Source: Flavobacteriales bacterium (GTDB taxonomy: Bacteria; Bacteroidota; Bacteroidia; Flavobacteriales; Flavobacteriaceae). Taken from it: a stretch of 64,000 bases of DNA. The position numbers and the translations under genes were made by a program. The notes under the pieces are model-generated. The model worked only from the letters and a program-made list of their open reading frames with translations. It made no database searches and had not been told where the DNA came from. Shown here one piece after another: positions 58,644-64,000 of this stretch. The number at the start of each line of letters is the position of its first letter. Positions within the stretch are counted from its first letter, which is position 1. The stretch lies in NCBI GenBank assembly GCA_027066365.1, contig JAMONV010000006.1, forward strand, positions 3,532 to 67,531. The letters run 5' to 3'.

Positions 58644-58651
58644 TACCTTTG
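58644..58651 (+). promoter_or_regulatory. Bacteroidetes-type -7 promoter element upstream of pepT
   Basis: TACCTTTG lies 17 nt upstream of ATG 58669. Confidence 0.4.
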
Positions 58652-58668
58652 GAAAAAATAAATGACAT

Positions 58669-59907
58669 ATGAAAGATCAACTCTTAAATAGATTTTTAAA
58701 ATACGTTAAAATCGATTCGCAATCCGATCCGGAATCCGATACTACGCCTAGCACCGAAAAACAATGGAAAATTGCACGTATACTGAAAAACGATTTGGAA
58801 GAAATAGGCATGCAGGATGTGGAAATCGATCAATACGGATATGTTTATGCCACGCTTCCTTCAAATGTGAATTATGAAGTGCCGGTGATTGGTTTTATTG
58901 CTCATTACGATACTACGCCGGACTATAACGGAACGGGTGTCAATCCACAGATTCATGAAAATTATGATGGCGGCGAGATTGTTTTGAACCGGGAAAAAAA
59001 TCTTGTTCTTTCGCCGGAATATTTTCCCGAATTGAAAAAATTTAAGGGGCAAACCTTGATTACCACCGACGGAAACACCTTGCTGGGTGCCGATGACAAA
59101 GCAGGCGTGACCGAAATTATGGAAGCCCTGAAATATTTGATTAAACACCCCGAAGTCAAGCACGGTAAAATCCGTGTGGCGTTCAATCCCGACGAAGAAA
59201 TAGGACGCGGGGCGCATAAATTCGATGTAGAGAAATTCGGTGCCGAATGGGCATATACTATGGACGGGTCGGATGTAGGTGAATTGGAATATGAAAATTT
59301 CAATGCCGCAGGAGCCAAAGTAATTATTGAAGGTAAAAGCGTGCATCCGGGCTATGCCAAAAACAAAATGATCAATTCCATTTTGATTGCCAATGAGTTT
59401 ATGTCGGCTTTTCCCGGGGACGAAGTTCCGGAACGCACCGAGGGATACGAAGGGTTTTACCATATTCTAAGCATTAACGGGGTGACGGAGCGAACGGAGA
59501 TGTATTACATTATCCGTGATTTCGATAAAGAAAATTTCGAAAAACGTAAAGCTTTTTTCTTACAAGTGGCCGACAATATTAATAAACGTTTCGGGCACGA
59601 AGTGGTGAAAGTGGAAATGCAAGATCAATATTATAATATGCGCGAAAAAATAGAACCGAACATGCATATTATCGATATTGCCGAACAAAGCATGAAGGAA
59701 TTGGGAATTCGTCCGAAAATAAAGCCGATACGGGGCGGAACCGATGGCGCGCAATTGTCTTTCAAAGGTTTACCGTGTCCCAATATTTTTGCAGGCGGAT
59801 TGAATTTTCACGGTCCTTATGAATATGTTTCACTCGAATCGATGCATTTGGCTAAGGATTTGATTGTGAAAATAGCGGAAAATACGGCTAAAAAATATTC
59901 ATCATGA
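58669..59907 (+). CDS. pepT: Peptidase T (M20B tripeptide aminopeptidase)
   Basis: N-terminus [27 protein letters not shown] and NPDEEIG metal-ligand blocks. 412 aa. Confidence 0.9.
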   Translation: MKDQLLNRFLKYVKIDSQSDPESDTTPSTEKQWKIARILKNDLEEIGMQDVEIDQYGYVYATLPSNVNYEVPVIGFIAHYDTTPDYNGTGVNPQIHENYDGGEIVLNREKNLVLSPEYFPELKKFKGQTLITTDGNTLLGADDKAGVTEIMEALKYLIKHPEVKHGKIRVAFNPDEEIGRGAHKFDVEKFGAEWAYTMDGSDVGELEYENFNAAGAKVIIEGKSVHPGYAKNKMINSILIANEFMSAFPGDEVPERTEGYEGFYHILSINGVTERTEMYYIIRDFDKENFEKRKAFFLQVADNINKRFGHEVVKVEMQDQYYNMREKIEPNMHIIDIAEQSMKELGIRPKIKPIRGGTDGAQLSFKGLPCPNIFAGGLNFHGPYEYVSLESMHLAKDLIVKIAENTAKKYSS

Positions 59908-60326
59908 AATTTAACGGAAAAATTTTTCTGATTAGCAGTGTTTATCTGTTTGTTTTATCCTGTTTATATATGCATGCCAAAGGGATGTTGACGGAGGATA
60001 AGCGCGTGTTATGGGGTGTGGCTTTATTTGCAGTGATAGCTTCGATGATCTTGGGATTTTATGAAGGTATTATCGGTCAAATTTTGCGAAAGGATTCCAT
60101 TCCTATGGAAAACCTGAAAAATGCCACGATAAATTGGAACCGCTACGGTATTAATTTTTTGATTTGGGGTGGAATTTTCGGCGTTTTAAACGGTTATTTT
60201 TTAAATCATAACCAATGGGACCCTTATGGATTTGCCTTTTTCTTTTTGACGGTTGGTTTTTTGATTGCGGTTATTAAGTATTTGAAAGACAAAGCGATAG
60301 TTGATTACGTTAAAGCCAAAAAGTAA
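59904..60326 (+). CDS. Hypothetical 4-TM membrane protein
   Basis: ATGA overlap with pepT. Four hydrophobic helices. No motif recognised. Confidence 0.5.
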   Translation: MKFNGKIFLISSVYLFVLSCLYMHAKGMLTEDKRVLWGVALFAVIASMILGFYEGIIGQILRKDSIPMENLKNATINWNRYGINFLIWGGIFGVLNGYFLNHNQWDPYGFAFFFLTVGFLIAVIKYLKDKAIVDYVKAKK

Positions 60327-60334
60327 TTTAAAAA

Positions 60335-63187
60335 ATGCTCAAAACCAAATATTATATACATCGGCATATCGGCCCCGGCGAACGGGAAATTACCGCAATG
60401 CTTGAAGCATTGGGATTGGAATCCTTGGAGGATTTGCTCTATGAAACCATTCCGGATGAAATTCGCTTGCAAGAAGATTTAAACCTTCCCGGTTCATTGA
60501 CCGAAGAAGAATTGGAAGCCGATTTTGAAGATATGGCCGGGCGTAACCGGGTTTTTCGGTCAATGATCGGTTATGGATACTACGGCACGAAAATGCCCGG
60601 GGTCATAAGACGAAATATTTTGGAGAATCCTTCATGGTATACGGCCTATACGCCTTATCAAGCGGAAATTTCTCAAGGGCGATTGGAGGCATTGATTAAT
60701 TATCAGACCATGTTGGTGGAATTGACGGGCTTGGATTTGGCCAATGCTTCTTTGTTGGATGATGCCACGGCGGCCGCGGAAGCCATGTTGATGTTATATC
60801 ATCTTCGCGACCGTGAGCAAAAAAAAGCAGGAATAAAAAAGTTTTTTGTGGCTTCCAATATTTTTCCACATATAGCCGAAGTGATCAGAACACGGGCCCG
60901 CTTCAAGGGAATTGAATTAATAACTGGAGATATTGAAACATTCGAACCGGACGAAAACTTTTTCGGTGCCATTTGGCAGTTTCCGTCTAGAACCGGAGAA
61001 TTGTTTGATAACCGGCCTTTGATAGAAAAGTTTCAAGAGGCGGGCATTAAAACCGCCGTCATTGCCGATTTGTTAGCATTGACGTTAATGACACCGCCGG
61101 GACATCAAGGAGCGGATATCGTGGTGGGTGGTACGCAACGTTTCGGTTTACCGATGGCCTATGGCGGACCGCACACGGGTTATATGGTTGTTAAAAGCGA
61201 ATACAAACGCCAAATGCCGGGTCGCATTATCGGGTTGACGGTGGATGCACAAGGGAATAAAGCATATCGAATGGCGCTTCAGACGCGCGAGCAACATATT
61301 AAACGTGAAAATGCCACGTCCAATATTTGCACTTCACAAGTTTTGATGGCTATTATCAACGGAATGTATGCCGTTTGGCACGGAAGGGAAGGATTGCAAG
61401 AAATTGCGCGTCATGTGCACCGGCAAGCGGATCGAATAGCCCGTATGCTTGAAACGGCCGGTATAAAACAACTGAATAAAACATTCTTCGATACGGTACG
61501 TTTTAAAGCGGACGTGGAACGTTTGAAAATATTGGCTTTGGATAAAGGATTGAATTTTAATTATTTCGAAGGAGGAAATACGGTTTTGATTTCCACGGAC
61601 GAACTAACTACGGATCAAGATTTGGAAAAAATTGCCGAAGTTATATCGGCGTATTCCGGAAATTTTATTTCCGTTCCTTCTGTGGAGGCACTTTCCATCC
61701 CCGAAAATTTGTTGCGTGACGATCGTTTTATGTCGCAAGCGGTTTTTAACAACTACCGCACCGAAACCTCATTGATGCGTTATATCAAGCAATTGGAACG
61801 AAAGGATTTGAGCTTGACGCACAGCATGATCCCGTTGGGTTCTTGTACGATGAAATTAAATGCCTCTGCCGAAATGTTTCCGTTAACGGATAGCCGTTGG
61901 GCGAATATACATCCGTTTGTTCCACGTAATCAGGCGGAGGGTTACCGGGAATTATTCGGGCGTCTAGAGCATTATTTGGGAGAAATTACCGGCTTGCCTT
62001 ATGTGAGTTTACAGCCTAATTCGGGAGCGGCGGGTGAGTATACGGGTCTTACCGTTATCAAATCATATTTTGAAAAAAACGGTCAAAGCCAACGCGATAT
62101 TGCATTAATACCCGCCTCGGCGCATGGCACCAATCCCGCTTCGGCGGTGATGGCCGGAATGAAAGTGGTGGTAATCAAAACGACGGAGCAAGGCAATATT
62201 GACGTTGAGGATTTGGAGGAAAAAGCGCGCCGGTATGCCGACCGACTGGCGGTGTTTATGGTCACGTATCCTTCTACACACGGTGTTTTTGAGAAAGAAA
62301 TTGTTAAAATGACTGAAATCGTGCATCGCCACGGCGGTTTGGTTTATATGGACGGCGCCAATATGAATGCACAAACGGGCTTGACTTCGCCCGCGAAAAT
62401 AGGAGCCGACGTTTGTCATTTGAATTTGCATAAGACTTTCGGTATGCCCCATGGTGGCGGTGGACCCGGTGTGGGCCCCGTGGCCGTTACGGAGCCATTA
62501 AAAGACTTTTTGCCGAATCACGTATTGGTGGAAACCGGCGGACATGAAGGTCATCAAGTGGCATCGGCACCGTGGGGATCGGCCTTGCTTATGTTGATTT
62601 CCTACGGTTATATAAGACTTCTGGGACCCGAAGGATTGAAAAAATCATCGGAGATTGCGATTTTGAATGCCAATTATTTGGAAAATAAAATCGGTCGGTT
62701 TTTTCCTACGTTATTTAAAGGAGAAAAAGGACGTGTGGCACATGAATTTATAGCCGATTTGCGTGCTTTCAAGGAAAAAGGAATAACGGTTATGGACGTA
62801 GCCAAACGTTTGATGGACTACGGCTACCATGCGCCTACGGTTTCGTTTCCCGTTGCCGGAACGATGATGATCGAACCGACCGAAAGCGAAAACAAAGCGG
62901 AAATGGACCGTTTTGCCGAAGCGATGGAAAGTATTTACCGGGAGATTACGGAAGTCGCCCCCGGATATTCGGATAACCCTTTGAAAAATGCACCTCATAC
63001 GCAGGAAATGGTTACCGCCGATGTGTGGTTTCATGCGTATTCGCGAAAACAAGCGGCCTTTCCGTTGGAATGGGTGAAGGACAATAAATTTTGGCCTTCC
63101 GTGACGCGTGTCGACGATGCGTACGGTGACCGGCATTTGCATTGCACTTGTGCCCCCGTTGAAAGCTATGCGGAGAAAGAAGAATAA
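60335..63187 (+). CDS. gcvP: Glycine dehydrogenase (aminomethyl-transferring), glycine cleavage P protein
   Basis: 950-aa single-chain P protein. Has the PLP-Lys region NLHKTF and the typical YTPYQAEISQGRLEAL block. Confidence 0.95.
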   Translation: MLKTKYYIHRHIGPGEREITAMLEALGLESLEDLLYETIPDEIRLQEDLNLPGSLTEEELEADFEDMAGRNRVFRSMIGYGYYGTKMPGVIRRNILENPSWYTAYTPYQAEISQGRLEALINYQTMLVELTGLDLANASLLDDATAAAEAMLMLYHLRDREQKKAGIKKFFVASNIFPHIAEVIRTRARFKGIELITGDIETFEPDENFFGAIWQFPSRTGELFDNRPLIEKFQEAGIKTAVIADLLALTLMTPPGHQGADIVVGGTQRFGLPMAYGGPHTGYMVVKSEYKRQMPGRIIGLTVDAQGNKAYRMALQTREQHIKRENATSNICTSQVLMAIINGMYAVWHGREGLQEIARHVHRQADRIARMLETAGIKQLNKTFFDTVRFKADVERLKILALDKGLNFNYFEGGNTVLISTDELTTDQDLEKIAEVISAYSGNFISVPSVEALSIPENLLRDDRFMSQAVFNNYRTETSLMRYIKQLERKDLSLTHSMIPLGSCTMKLNASAEMFPLTDSRWANIHPFVPRNQAEGYRELFGRLEHYLGEITGLPYVSLQPNSGAAGEYTGLTVIKSYFEKNGQSQRDIALIPASAHGTNPASAVMAGMKVVVIKTTEQGNIDVEDLEEKARRYADRLAVFMVTYPSTHGVFEKEIVKMTEIVHRHGGLVYMDGANMNAQTGLTSPAKIGADVCHLNLHKTFGMPHGGGGPGVGPVAVTEPLKDFLPNHVLVETGGHEGHQVASAPWGSALLMLISYGYIRLLGPEGLKKSSEIAILNANYLENKIGRFFPTLFKGEKGRVAHEFIADLRAFKEKGITVMDVAKRLMDYGYHAPTVSFPVAGTMMIEPTESENKAEMDRFAEAMESIYREITEVAPGYSDNPLKNAPHTQEMVTADVWFHAYSRKQAAFPLEWVKDNKFWPSVTRVDDAYGDRHLHCTCAPVESYAEKEE

Positions 63188-63734
63188 TCCGGGAAAGCGG
63201 TTGTATTTTATTGCATGGGTTTTGCCGGAACCGCTTCAGCGTTGCGTAACCGATTACAAAATATTGGCAAAAGATTTGTTTCATTCGCGGCATGCGCTGA
63301 ATTCGCCGGCTCACATTACCCTGATTCCGCCTTTTTATGCCCATACGCACCAAATAGAGGCGTTACCGGAAGGATTGCGTGCGTTTACGCAAAATTTTTC
63401 ACCCATTCCCGTTTCGTTAAGTGGTTTCGGAAAATTCGGCAAACGAGTTATTTTTGTGGATGTTGTTCCCAACCCCGAACTAATGGTTTTTCAAAATCAA
63501 TTATATCATTGGTTTACGGAACTTTACGGAGGTGTTATCAAGTCGAATCGTTTTCATCCTCATGCTACGGTGGCTTTTCGGGATTTAACGGAAGAATTTT
63601 TTGACGAGGCTTGGGACTTCTTTTCCGCTTCCGAATGTGAAGAAGAAGCGACAATGAATGAAATTCATATATTGAAGCATGAACACAGGAAATGGCATGT
63701 GATTGAATCACTGCCATTGAAGCAAAAAGATTAA
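63168..63734 (+). CDS. 2H phosphoesterase superfamily protein (2'-5' RNA ligase LigT-like)
   Basis: Two HxT motifs (HITL, HATV) at the expected spacing. The start at ATG 63168 overlaps the gcvP end by 20 nt. Confidence 0.7.
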   Translation: MRRKKNNPGKRLYFIAWVLPEPLQRCVTDYKILAKDLFHSRHALNSPAHITLIPPFYAHTHQIEALPEGLRAFTQNFSPIPVSLSGFGKFGKRVIFVDVVPNPELMVFQNQLYHWFTELYGGVIKSNRFHPHATVAFRDLTEEFFDEAWDFFSASECEEEATMNEIHILKHEHRKWHVIESLPLKQKD

Positions 63735-63738
63735 AGAA

Positions 63739-64000
63739 ATGAACGGTTTTTGGACGGTTTTGATTTTAACCTTGATGGTTTTAGCCTTGGCTTTTGCCGG
63801 TATTGCCGTAAAAATATTGGTGAAAAAAGAAGGGAAATTCGAAGGAACTTGTGCGAGCATGAATCCCGAAACCAATCCCGACGGTGAACCGTGTCAATTT
63901 TGCGGACGAACCCCCGGCGAATATCATGGTAATTGTTCGCGAGAAATTTTTGAAAAAATTAAAAAAGAAAAAGAGGCTCAAGGCAAGAGAAATATTTTTA
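63739..64000 (+). CDS. Small Cys-rich single-TM protein, 3' end outside the window (possibly NqrM/DUF539-like)
   Basis: Hand translation: MNGFWTVLILTLMVLALAFAGIAVKILVKKEGKFEGTCASMNPETNPDGEPCQFCGRTPGEYHGNCSREIFEKIKKEKEAQGKRNIF..., open to the window edge. It is not in the ORF track because no stop codon falls inside the window. Confidence 0.5.
   Translation, partial: MNGFWTVLILTLMVLALAFAGIAVKILVKKEGKFEGTCASMNPETNPDGEPCQFCGRTPGEYHGNCSREIFEKIKKEKEAQGKRNIF

Noticed and set aside
60327-60334. A glycine riboswitch upstream of gcvP.
   Set aside because: Only 8 nt separate gcvP from the preceding membrane-protein gene, so there is no room for a riboswitch. gcvP appears co-transcribed with pepT.
63781-63981. 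The listed 66-aa minus-strand ORF.
   Set aside because: It is fully overlapped by a more plausible plus-strand ORF (TM helix + Cys cluster) that begins 5 nt after the previous gene. The minus-strand product is low-complexity F/K-rich.

Overview
This is a gene-dense chromosomal segment, roughly 90% coding and moderately AT-rich, from an aerobic gliding member of the Bacteroidota. All calls come from reading the sequence and the ORF track by eye; no BLAST, HMM or Rfam search was run, so product names rest on remembered family motifs and synteny.

Content in order:
- Alternative complex III genes actB (5' truncated) and actCDEF.
- The rod-shape operon mreBCD-mrdA-rodA on the minus strand.
- An FtsX-type ABC permease.
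- gldJ, topA, an unknown gene, then the T9SS/gliding core gldKLMN.
- prfA, an S46 dipeptidyl-peptidase, tRNA-Arg(ACG) and pnuC.
- A minus-strand operon: S41 peptidase, a small lipoprotein, and a 993-aa receiver + PEP-synthase-type ATP-grasp fusion.
- A tlpA / beta-barrel / M23 operon, and a pspC-toastrack pair.
- yidD-lgt-DUF192-ribF.
- An ion-transport-rich stretch (NhaC, YeiH-like, NhaD, CPA2-RCK, ClC) interleaved with lhgO, dnaX, apbE and a YpfJ-type Zn peptidase.
- pepT, gcvP and a 2H phosphoesterase.

I saw no CRISPR array, rRNA, transposase, integrase or recognisable defence island, and I cannot support a new multi-gene system here.

The observations most worth follow-up:
1. dnaX is interrupted by a 13-A homopolymer. 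The genomic frame gives a gamma-like short product, and a -1 shift reconstitutes an uninterrupted full-length tau.
2. A 130-nt structured intergenic element occurs twice at 127/130 identity. Each copy starts 11-12 nt after the stop codon of an ion-transporter gene (nhaD, clc). Both copies are embedded in 8-nt periodic CGTTRAAY arrays and followed by pyrimidine-rich tails.
3. The orphan response-regulator / ATP-grasp fusion protein and its operon.
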